From NCBI GenBank assembly GCA_051313645.2, contig JBNRSN020000005.1:303800001-303864000 (forward strand): a stretch of 64,000 bases of DNA, written 5' to 3'. Numbering within the stretch: the first letter of the stretch is position 1; each line of letters opens with the position of its first letter. Under the pieces are notes generated by a model. That model was not told where the DNA came from. It made no database searches and saw only the letters and a list, made by a program, of their open reading frames with translations. Of the stretch, positions 24,764 through 36,200 are shown one piece after another. The DNA is from Centroscyllium fabricii (Eukaryota). A program made the translations under genes and the position numbers.

Positions 24764-24847
24764 CATCTGCAGTTCTTGTAGTATTGATTGTTTGCTCATA
24801 TCTGGAGATGCTGATCCATCAAGGTACATAACTGCTACGTGATTTCC
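24764..24847 (-). CDS. GUCY2G: Receptor guanylyl cyclase exon (GNHVAVMYLDGSASPDMSKQSILQELQM)
   Basis: acAG|GGA...ATG|GTATGT; 84 nt, phase 0/0; VAIK lysine absent. Confidence 0.88.
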
Positions 24848-25600
24848 CTGTCATGGCAAAAATGAATGAGTACAGCAACAGTAATTAAGACATCACAGAC
24901 CTGTCAAGTCTTGTTTATTTTCAGTAAGACTTCTTTCAATGGATTTGCAATTCCATTTGGTGCTTTTCACAGAAAATCTCACTCTAATTACAAAACAGTG
25001 TATGTATCATAGATCAAGCAAGCTAAGTCAGTGCTGGAGGACAGTTGATGTAGGACTTCGTGTGGGACACTAAGTTATCTGTATGTCATGGGTGCTGACA
25101 CCCCCTTCATTGCGATGTCTTTGCAGGAAAATAGAGGGACCCTGCTTAATGTGGGAGTGTCAGTTGGAGCGAGGCTTTAAGTTTGTCGAATCCACTTTGA
25201 GAGATTAAGTGATGATAACAAAATACTGCAGATGCTGGAAATCTAAAACAACAGAAAATGCTGGAAAAGCTCAGCAGTTCAGGCAGCATTGGTGGAGAGA
25301 AACCCAGAGTCAACGTTTCGGGTAGTTCCCTTTCTGAGAGATTAAGTACCATTCTGACCAGTGATGTGCATCTTGGCAGACCTATCTTTAGGATGTTCCC
25401 AGATTACAGGAGACGGCTGCGATATTTATGATCCGGTGGCCAGGGATGTAGGCAGAAAATATAAAAGTGTACACACTCCATCCAAATATGGATTCTCCCA
25501 CGCAGCTCTCCCCCATGCCGCAGGCTAATCCCCGCTTCCCTGGGAAATTCCAAGGCTATCCCCTTCTCACCTCAAGATTATTCTGAATTTTTGTGCACTG

Positions 25601-25955
25601 TGGTATAATTTGGAACGTTTTTCACAGGTGATAGATTCCACATGAGGTTGGTCACTACAATGGTTGGAATCAGACATTTAGGGCAACAAAGAAAGTTGGG
25701 TACTGACATCAATCAGTCAGTCATGAAAGAAAGACTTATGAAATAATACTGAGCAACCTGTGGGTGGCGCTGTCCAGGGAGAGTATAAATACTCGGGCAC
25801 GGGCCCAGCTTGCGCAGGACATTCTTAACAGGAACTAGTGAAGGACACAACTAGACCTCCATGTTGTGAAACAGTTGATTAAAGCTTTGGTTAACGCTTA
25901 GACCAAGTGCCTAGTAGTTTTCTTACATCAGGTACTCTGCAGCAGAACCATAACA
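25601..25955 (+). mobile_element. Solo LTR
   Basis: TGGTATAA...CCATAACA, 5-bp TSD CACTG, TATAAATA and ATTAAA signals. Confidence 0.65.
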
Positions 25956-26030
25956 CACTGTGAACACAACTTGTATGAAATCAAAAATCTTATCTTTTTG
26001 GAGATTTGCTTGAACAATAAATCAGTGCTG

Positions 26031-29000
26031 TGTGGCGGCACACCAGACTGACGAATCCGCCTCGGGAGTTCTGCGGGGCATAGCCCTGCCCACTGGGTGA
26101 CGCGATGACGTCACCACGTCTCTCGGCGTGATGAGGTCACTAAGCGGGCAGTTTAAATAAGCCTGCTCCTCGTGGTTCAGTCTCTTTCTTGCTTAGTAAT
26201 GTAATTAAACAAGTGTTATCTGTCTCTCCGGCTCCTGTGTGGTTCTTGGGTCCTGCAAGCGCTACAGTGGTGACCCCAACTTGGAACGTCTTCCAAGGAG
26301 AAAACAGCAGCTACAGGATAAAAAACCAAGCAGCCTCAGAACACTTTAAAAAGCAACATGTCTTCAAGAAACCAAGCTTCTCGATCACAAGGACTTGGCC
26401 AGAACTTCGGGCACAGACTAACTCTACCGGAGTTCTGGGAGCAACGCCCGACAGCGTGGTTCATGTGTATAGAGACCAGCTGCCGCACACATGGCATCCA
26501 GGGGGACGACCGCTACGACCTGGTCTTTTCGGCCCTACCGCAATCGATGATCGATCGGATGTGGTCGAAGCTACAGCGCGTGCCCGCAGCAGACAGGTAT
26601 GAGTTCCTCAAGGCCGCGCTACTTAAAAAATTTACCCCCTCCCAATTCGAGCGCGACTGCCAACTCCTTAACCTCCCCGAACTCGGGGACGCAGACCCAT
26701 CGGACCTTTGGGGCCAAATGCAAGCGCTCACCGCCGATCCCGCCTCCCTGTTCCGCACCATATTCCTCCTTAAACTACCCCGCTCCATCAGACCGGCCTT
26801 GGCGGCCCTCTGCCACCAGAGTGGGGACGAGCTAGCCGAGGAAGCCGACAGGCTCATGGCGGCCAAGCGCACCCGCTCCACCACGTGCGACCTCAATGCC
26901 GCAGCTATCGAACACAACCACTCGCCCCCTAGGTCCAACCCAACGCCTGAACCCAGGCCCCCGCGCCCTCCCAGGCAACCGCGTCCATCAAGCACCGGCT
27001 GGTGCTACTACCACACGCGGTTCGACACCAAAGCGCACCGCTGCGTACAGCCCTGCACATTCAAGCCACATCCCGGCCCAGCCCCCACTATGTCTGTAGG
27101 ACACACCGGAGCACTGCTCTACATCACAGACAGCGGCACAGGCCTCCGGTTCCTCTGCGACACAGGCGCACAGCACAGCATCGTGCCAGCATCCCCAGCA
27201 GAAGCCAAAAAAGGCACCCGGGGTCCGCCACTCGCAGCGGCCAACGGCTCAGATATTAAAACGTACGTCACCCGCAAGCTCACAATCAAGCTTGCCGGCC
27301 ACACGTACCACTGGGAGTTTGTCACGGCCCAGGTCACTTCACCCCTCCTCGGGGCAGATTTCCTCTGTGCCCACGGCCTCCTGGTCGACATGACCCGGCG
27401 CCGCCTGGTCGACATTCACAACATGTCGACCATCCCATGCTCCACAGGGCCCGCACTCCTGGCCCACGCGGCGGCACAATGCCGCGCCCGGAACTCTGAC
27501 GCATACGGCACGCTCCTCGCTGAGTTCCCAGCCCTTACCAATCCCACCTTCACCGCCCGCACGGCCAAACACGGGGTGGAACACTTTATCACCACCTCCG
27601 GCCCTCCTGTGCATGCCCACGCCCGCAGGCTGGACCCGGCCAAGCTGGAGATTGCGCGCACCGAGTTCCGCACCATGGAGCAACTCAGCATAATCCGCCG
27701 CTCCAACAGCCCCTGGGCATCTCCCCTCTACATCGCTCCCAAGCCGGGCGGAGGCTGGCACCCCTGCGGCGACTACCGCCGCCTCAACAACGCCACTACC
27801 CCGGATAGGTACCCCGTACCCCACATCCAGGATTTCTCCACCAGCCTAGCGGGCTGCACGATCTTCTCCAAGATCGACCTGGTGCGTGGCTATCACCAGG
27901 TCCCGGTGCACCCGGCGGATGTCCCCAAGACAGGCGTAATTACCCCCTTCGGCCTCTTCGAGTTCCTCAGGATGCCCTTTGGACTCAAAAACGCGGCCAA
28001 GGCCTTTCAGCGCCTAATGGACTCGGTCCTACGGGACTTGCAGTTCATTTTCGTCTACTTAGACGACATCCTCGTGGCCAGCGCCTCACCCCAGGAGCAC
28101 CTCCTGCACCTCAGGACCCTGTTCCAGTGCCTGACCGAACACGGCCTCATATTAAGCCCCTCTAAATGCAAATTCGGCCTAGAGACCATAGACTTCCTCG
28201 GCCACCGCATTTCCAAAACCGGGGCCATACCCCTGCCCTCCAAGGTGCAGGCAGTTCAGGAATTCCCCCGCCCGCACTCCATTAAGGGCCTGCAGGAATT
28301 CCTCGGGATGGTTAACTTCTATAACCGCTTCATCCCAGGTGCAGCCGCTCTCATGGCTCCCCTATAACAGGCCACACGCGGGCAGTCCGGCAAAACTGCG
28401 GTCGAGTGGACGGCCGACGCCGCCACCGCCTTTACCGCAACCAAAACCGCCCTGGCCAATGCCACCCTCCTAGCCCACCCCAGGCCCAACGCCAGAGTGG
28501 CCCTCACCACTGACGCCTCCGACCACGCTGTCAGGGCCGTTTTCGAACAGTGGACCGGCAACTCTTGGCAGCCCCTGGCCTTTTTCAGCCGGCAACTTCG
28601 GCCCCCGGAGGTTAAGTACAGCGCCTTCGACAGGGAGCTCCTCGCTCTCTACCTCACAGTGCGCCATTTTCGCTTCCTCCTGGAGGGCCGTCCCTTCACA
28701 GCTTTCGTCGATCATAAGCCGCTCATTTCTGCAATGGCTAAGATCACCGAACCCTGGTCGGCCAGGCAGCAGCGCCAACTCGCAGCCGTGTCGGAGTTCA
28801 CAACTGACATCCAACACATCTCCGGCCGCGACAACGTGGTTGCTGACTGCCTGTCACGTCCCACTATTAACGCCGCCCAAACGGCGGTCAACTACGCCAA
28901 GCTGGCAGCAGACCAGCTGGCGAACCCAGACCTGCTCGACCCAGCAGAAAACCTCCCTGGCCTACGCTTGGCCAACATCGCACATGGCCCCGCGGCCACC

Positions 29001-30456
29001 GTAGTCTGCTGCGACATTTCGTTACCGCAGCCCAGACCCATCGTCCCCCACGCATGGAGGCGGCACATTTTCGAGACCCTCCATGGCCTGTCCCACCCCG
29101 GCACCCGCGCTTCCATCAAACTAATTTCGGCCCGTTTTGTGTGGCGCGGCCTACGCAAAGACGTCCGCGCCTGGACCAACGCCTGCATTGCCTGCCAGCG
29201 CGCCAAGGTGCACAAGCACATCAAGGCGCCGCTGGAAACATTCACCATGCCGGCCAGATGCTTCGACCACATCCATGTCGATCTCGTCGGACCACTACCG
29301 CCATCCCGGGGCCACACACACGTTATGACCATGGTCGACCGCAACACTCGCTGGCCAGAAGCAGTCCCCCTCGTTGCTACCAGCACCACGGACGTGGCCA
29401 GGGCGTTCATCGCCACCCGGGTCGCCCGTTTCGGCGTGACCACCGACATCACGTCAGACAGAGGTCCCCAATTTACGTCGGCACTATGGGCGGCCATCGC
29501 CCGCGACCTCGGGGTAACCCTACATCGAACCACCGCATACCACCCACAATCTAACGGGCTCTGCGAAAGGTTCCACCGCTCCATGAAAGCATCCCTGCGG
29601 GCCAGCCTCAAAGACGCATCATGGACCGACCGTCTTCCGTGGGTACTGCTCGGGCTGCGCTCGGCGGCCAAAGAAGATCTACACGCCTCAGCAGCAGAAC
29701 TCGTCTACGGCCCAACTTTAACAGTGCCGGGCGAGTTCCTCGCCGAATCAAACGCTCCCTGGTCGGCCGACCAGTTCCTCAAGGACTTCGCCAACCCGGC
29801 ACGAGCGTTCAAACCCTTACCGGTGGCCCGGCACGGAGAGCCGGCAGCACGTGTACCGGACAGCATCAAAAACGCGAGGTACGTGTTTGTCCGGCACGAC
29901 GCCCATCGCTCACCACTACAGCCAACTTATGACGGCCCCTACAGAGAGCTTCGGGCGGGATCAAAAGCTTTTCTGCTACAGCTGGGCAATCGGACAGAAA
30001 CTGTCTCTATCGACCGGCTAAAACCGGCACACGTTATAGCGGGCGACGCGACAGTCCCCGCCCAACCACCTCAACATGGACGCCCTCCCGCACCAACACC
30101 CGCCCACACTCCACCGCAGAACAAGGAACAACGCACGACACGTGCCGGCCGCGTCTTACGGCCACCACAACGCCTCACATAGACTCTTTCTCCTCTCAGA
30201 CAGATTCTGGGGGGGAGCTGTGTGGCGGCACACCAGACTGACGAATCCGCCTCGGGAGTTCTGCGGGGCATAGCCCCGCCCACCGGGTGACACGATGATG
30301 CCACCACGTCTCTCGGCGTGATGAGGTCACTAAGCGGGCAGTTTAAATAAGCCTGCTCCTCGTGGTTCAGTCTCTTTCTTGCTTAGTAATGTAATTAAAC
30401 AAGTGTTATCTGTCTCTCCGGCTCCTGTGTGGTTCTTGGGTCCTGCAAGCGCTACA
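26031..30456 (+). mobile_element. Full-length Gypsy LTR retrotransposon, CsRn1-type (copy 1)
   Basis: 236-bp LTRs 26031-26266 and 30221-30456 (5 differences seen); PBS TGGTGACCCC (tRNA-Trp); G-rich PPT; Gag CHCC knuckle [18 protein letters not shown]. Confidence 0.95.
26358..30182 (+). pseudogene. gag-pol polyprotein with one nonsense codon (TAA 28365-28367)
   Basis: PR LCDTGA, RT YLDD, RNase H TDAS, IN HHCC and DDE, GPY; both ORF halves are in the same frame, and copy 2 has TAC at this codon. Confidence 0.92.
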
Positions 30457-31036
30457 GCAATAATATTTAGTGCCTATGCTTGACTTCATGAGAACAATCT
30501 TATTACTAATCTATTATATTATTAAAATTGCTGAGCATGTCATAATGTTGCATTGGAATTGCACCTGTAGGTGGCACAGTGTCATCATGTTATCCAATGG
30601 CGCTGAGGTAACATTACGTGACTATCCAGCAAACAGCGTTAAACTACAGGTTTTGAACTGTATGCTAGTCCCAGCCTGTACCACTGGTTATTTCAGCAAT
30701 GTTTTTGATCCAACACATTGGCTTAATCCCATTTGAAGAATTCCAGCCAAGGGGAGAATTTGCATAGGAATTCAGTAATGGCGGCATTGTAGGTATTGAC
30801 AGTAATTGAAATCCATTTCCCTCTTTCAAAAATACGCATGATGTTGCTTCATGACCCTTGTCCAGTCATCACATTCTGCCTGTCCCACCTGAATATATTA
30901 GCTTCTTGAATATTGCAATAAATTCTTTTGATGTGAAATCTGTCGGTGTATATAAAATCTTACATCGTGAAAATCAAATCCCACTGAGATGAACAGGCAT
31001 ATATTTCAAGATTGTGTTGAGTGTATTTTAAATACT

Positions 31037-31907
31037 GGGCCAGAAATTCGGGTGCCTCGCACCAGTTGCACCCGCACGGAGGGGGGCCAATTTCCCCGTG
31101 CGATCGATCGCACAGGGCATGCGCATGGATCGGAGCTTTCCGATGCTGAGGGAGAAGAGGCCTCAGCATGGAACACACAAAAGAATTGCACTCAAAAATC
31201 CCGACGTTTTTGGGTGTGATTCTGTGCGTTCATCTGTGGGCAAATGGGCTTGGAGCTGCACGGGAAAAAAGGAGTCGTAACCTGTGCGTTGGTGAGAGCA
31301 GTGCGTTCTTAAACAAGGTAATTGACTTTTTTACCTTTAATTTTAAGTTTTATCAATTTTTTAGAGTAATGTGGCCAGATCACTATCATTTAATTTGGCT
31401 GTTAAAGTTTTGTTTTTTAATTTTAAAATCCAAATTTCAATTGTTATACCCACTGCTTTCTATTCCAAATCGCTTATTTTTAAATTTTAAGTTCTGAAAT
31501 TTTAAACTATTTCCTTAATTTAAAAAACTAAGAGAAAAAATCGCTAAGACTTACCTCCATTGAAAATCTGCTCTGGCCGCGGTGCTCACTGCCGAGTCTG
31601 TGGGTGCAGCAGTGGGCGTGGTCCTAATAACGGCCTCACGTCCCTGCTCTCTAAGAAGTCCGACTGTGAAGCAGGGGGCGTTTTTTATTTAAATTAGGGA
31701 TCTGTGGGCGGGGCATCACTCCAATGCACGCACGATGGCAGCGCATATACAGCGCTCCTAGCGTGGCTGGACTGCCACGCAGCCCAGGAACGGGGCGGAG
31801 CCAACAGGAAGTTTTGGCCGGAAAAAATGTGCGATTATGGTGCGGTGCTATAGGTGTCCGCATGATCCTTGCACCCACACCAACCGGCAGACTGGAATTT
31901 CTGGCCC
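31037..31907 (+). mobile_element. Harbinger-type MITE, family C
   Basis: GGGCCAGAAATTC...GAATTTCTGGCCC, TSD ACT. Confidence 0.85.
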
Positions 31908-31973
31908 ACTATGATCAATAAAACATCACAATAATATATTTTAACAATGTAAGAATTCTTGAAGCAAACTCAC

Positions 31974-32117
31974 CTGGTAAAGGCCGACTGTGGAATAAAC
32001 GACATTGTTTCCTAGTTTGTCTCTGAAACCGTAATTCTGATGACTTGAAATATTAGGTCCATGGCTTCCAAATTCTATGATTGATGGGGTAGTACTAAAC
32101 AATACGTCAACATGTCT
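31974..32117 (-). CDS. GUCY2G: Receptor guanylyl cyclase juxtamembrane exon (RHVDVLFSTT...VVYSTVGLYQ)
   Basis: acAG|AGA...CAG|GTGAGT; 144 nt, phase 0/0, open; joins to YQ|GNHVA. Confidence 0.85.
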
Positions 32118-32225
32118 CTGTGCATTGATATGGGAAAAAAAACATTTGTGTAAAATCGTGCTTCATTTTACGTCTCTTTTAATCTTTGATAACAGCAACA
32201 ATGTTGTATACTGCCAATACTGTAC

Positions 32226-32389
32226 CTTGTTTTCTTTCAGGATAATGATGTCTTCATAAATTATTTTCCACCACACACCCCGAACTTGATTTCGTGATTT
32301 ACGTTTCTGTGCCAGTCGGAAGGTAACCAAAGCAGCTGCAGCAAAAGACACGACCACGACGACAACGATTATAATCACAAGGGAGTTAT
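32226..32389 (-). CDS. GUCY2G: Receptor guanylyl cyclase transmembrane exon
   Basis: ccAG|AT...AAG|GTACAG; 164 nt, phase 1/0; LVIIIVVVVVVSFAAAALVTF helix, basic stop-transfer, WWKIIYEDI. Confidence 0.9.
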
Positions 32390-33268
32390 CTGGAAAAGTA
32401 GAGCAGACCAAGTGAGTACATAACCGGACTAGACTAAATTGACAATAGTCAGTGAGAATGTGTGTGGTCAGTATTTATCAGGGTTGTAATGTATCGGTGT
32501 CTGTCGTAAAGAAATTTAAATTATACAGAAGGTAGTATTACAACAGGCGGAATTTTAACTTCCAAGTGGGAAACCAGCGGGATGAGGGGCCGCCCGGCCA
32601 GGAGCCGCAGTGGGAGGCCCGGTTCATTTTAACGGCCTGGCCTCATTAACGTCCTGCTCAAACCGGGCATCTAGAGGCAGCTTGCTGGCTTTGGGCCTAC
32701 AAAGATCAGGCAGCCCAAAGGCTGCCATGCCGGCAGTTAGGTAAATTGTGTGTGATGGGGTTGTGGGGGAGGGGCCAGTGGGTGTTCAGGAGGGTTTCAT
32801 GGGTGGGAAGGGGGAGTTCGGGTGGCAGCGACCTAAACATTTTTTTGTGGGGCTCGGAGGACACCTGCTTCTCCGGGCCCCATAAAGGTAAGTTTTACAC
32901 TTACCAACAGGGCTTCCGCTGGTTTGTCCTGAATAGAGCATCTGTGGTAACCCATATTGTATGATATACCACAGTATTCTTGTAACCAATAATTGGCTGT
33001 GTATATGTGATACACAGCCCTGTAACACTGTTGTAACACTGTTGTAACACTGTTGGGAGCCAGGTCAGCCACACCTCTAACTCCTCCCCCAGGTGAGGCC
33101 TTTATAGGTGGAGACTGGCTGAGGCTCCCTCATTCCTGTTCAGATGTTCGTTCGGAGGGTAGCTCCTATGTAAGCGATTAAAAGCCTATAGTTACGGTAA
33201 CTACTCGTCGAGTCTTTTAATCTAAAGATATTGACGATACGTCAATTTTAATCGCTTAAAGTTTTAAA

Positions 33269-36200
33269 ATGGAGAGCGGTGCAGTAAAGCCAGAAAAGCT
33301 GGATATCAGTCCACAGGACCCTGCTGCTGCCACCACGTTCGAACACTGGTTCGGCCTCCTGGAGGCCTACATGGACGCCGCCAAGGCTACAACAGACGGG
33401 AACAAGCTACAGGTTCTCCGGTCCAAGATCTCCAGCAGAGTATTCTCCCTCATCCGAAATGCCAAAACCTACCCAGTGGCAGTGGAAAAACTGAGGAAAT
33501 GCTACGAGCGCCTGGTCCATTCGGTCTACGCCAGGCATGTGCTCGCGACCAGATCACAACTACCGGGTGAGACTAACGAACAGTTTGAGCAAGCGCTCCA
33601 GGCCCTGGTATGGGTCTGTGGCTGCCAAGCACGGACAGCAGAAGAGGAGGCGAATCTCCTCGTCCGAAACGCGTATGTAACCGGCCTAAGGTGCGTGGAA
33701 GACCGCCAGCGGCTGCTAGAGAAAGACACCTTGTCCCTTGAGGACGCGATTGTGATAGCCAACTCCGTAGAAGGAGCACGCAACAAGCTACAGGCATATA
33801 GCGGCACTAACACGCAGGCCTACGACATGTGCGCCGCGCCACAACGAACCCAGGTCTGGGCAGCACCACAACGGGTTGAGACCCCCACGATGGCTGCGAC
33901 AGCCACTAAAGACAAACGCTGCTACTTCTGCAGCCAGGGACTGCACCCGAGAGCGAGATGCCCAGCAAAGACCGCGACCTGCGAGAGGTGCGCCAAAAAG
34001 GGACACTTTGCAAAGGCGTGCAGATCAGCTTCAGCAGCGCCCAACTCCAGGTACAACAGCGCAGCCTGTGAAAGCACCGACAGACACCAGGTAAGCTGCA
34101 ATAGCAGCGCGATCCAGCGACGGTCCGGGGGTAGAAGACAAGCGCCCCCATCTCCCACCCCGACGCGGCCGGCTGCGTGCGAATCACGGGCACCGCCAAC
34201 CCGACCACCGCGGCTCGCTGCGTGCGAACCACGGGCACCGCCAACCCAGCCACCGCGGTCCGCTGCGTGCGAACCACGGGCGCCGCCAACCCAGTCACCG
34301 CAGCCCGCTGCGTGCGAACCACGGGCGCCGCCAGCGCGCTCACAGCGGTCAGCCGCGTGCGAACCACGGGCGCCGCCATCTCGCCCCCAGCAGCCCACCA
34401 TGTGCAACCCCTCGGCGCCGCCATTTTGTCCCCAGGGCCCCACCATGTGCGAGCCAGGGGCGCCGCCATTTTGTCTCCAGGGCCCCACCATGTGCGAGCC
34501 AGGGGCGCCGCCTGTTTGTGTACAGCCCCAACCAGCAGGGGGCCCCCACACACAAAAGCACACGGCGGCTTCAGCCATACCCAGAGTGGACCAGGACAGG
34601 CCACATATCCTGTCTAACTCAATAATGCCCATCAAAATAAACGGCCATACTATCAATTGCCTATTTGATACTGGAAGCACGGAGAGCTTTGTGCACCCCG
34701 ATACAGTGCAGCGCTGCGGACTGCAGGTCCTGCCCACAAACTACCAAGTCTCCCTTGCTTCAAAGTCCCACACCGCGGACGTCACCGGCTACTGCTCCGT
34801 CACGCTCACGGTCAAGGGGTGCGTGTACCGTAATTTTAAATTGTACACCCTCCAGCAGTTGTGTGCCCCAGCCTTACTAGGTCTGGATTTCCAGTTCCAC
34901 CTCAAGAGCGTGACAATGGAGTTCGGCGGGACCTTGCCCCCCCCTCACCGTCAGTAGCCGGGACAATCCCTTCCCAAAGCGGAGCCCGGCCTGCGGCCTC
35001 TCTACCCTGAAAATCGACCCCCCCTCACTGTTCGCCAACCTCGACCCCAAGTGCAAACCTATTGCTACCAAGAGTCGGCGGTATAGTGCGGGGGATCGCA
35101 CGTTTATCAGGTCGGAGGTTGGGCGTATGCTGAAGGAGGGGATAATTGAAGCCAGCACCAGCCCCTGGCGTGCCCAGGTAGTAGTGGTAAAGTCTGGCGA
35201 GAAACAACGGCTGGTGATCGACTACAGCCAGACCATCAACCGCTACACCGGGCTCGACACCTACCCCCTCCCCCGCATCTCGGACATGGTCAACCAGATC
35301 GCCCAGTATAAGGTGTTCTCCACGATCGACCTTAAGTCGGCGTATCACCAGCTCCCGATCCGGAAAGCCGACCGCCCCTACACCGCCTTCGAGGCGAACG
35401 GTCGGCTCTACCACTTCCTCCGGGTCCCCTTTGGCGTGACCAACGGAGTGTCAGTGTTCCAGCGGGAGATGGACCGCATGGTCGACCAAAACGAGTTGCA
35501 GGCCACCTTCCCCTACCTGGACAACGTGACCATCTGCGGCCACGACCAGCAGGACCACGATGCCAACCTGGCCAAATTTCTCAACACGGCGGATAAGCTG
35601 GACCTCACGTATAACAAAGACAAATGTGTCTTTAATACAGACCGGCTCGCCATCCTCGGATACGTGGTGGAGAACGGGGTCCTCGGCCCCGACCCACAGC
35701 GTATGCGACCCCTTCAGGAACTGCCCCTACCTCACAACCCTAAAGCCTTGAGGAGATGCCTAGGATTTTTCTCCTATTACGCACAATGGGTCCCACAGTT
35801 CGCGGACAAGGCTAGACCACTCCTCAAGGCTGCCGTTTTCCCCCTTTCGGTAGAAGCCCAAACGGCATTTGCCCGGATAAAGGAGGACATCATCAAGGCG
35901 ACCATGCTCGCTGTTGATGAATCCATCCCTTTCCAGGTGGAGAGTGACGCTTCGGACTTTGCCCTTGCTGCCACCCTGAATCAGGCAGGCAGGCCCATAG
36001 CGTTTTTCTCCCGCACCCTACAGGGATCCGAAACTCGCCACTCAGCAGTGGAAAAGGAGGCCCAGGCCATCGTGGAGGCCGTGCGCTACTGGCGTCATTA
36101 CCTGGCCGGTAAGCGTTTTACCCTGCTCACCGACCAACGGTCGGTGGCGTTTATGTTTAATAATAAACAACGGGGTAAAATCAAGAATGATAAGATCCTG

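Noticed and set aside
28365-28367. Stop-codon readthrough in CsRn1 copy 1
   Set aside because: Falls between RT and RNase H, and the sister copy has TAC; a simple nonsense mutation.
28892-29671. Long antisense ORFs over pol genes (also 58857-59648, 40352-41284, 33906-34737)
   Set aside because: Shadow ORFs from GC3-rich or repetitive coding sequence; no recognisable domains.
34937-34957. Programmed ribosomal frameshift between ORFs of element A
   Set aside because: Element B has a single ORF here; a one-base gain in a C run explains it.
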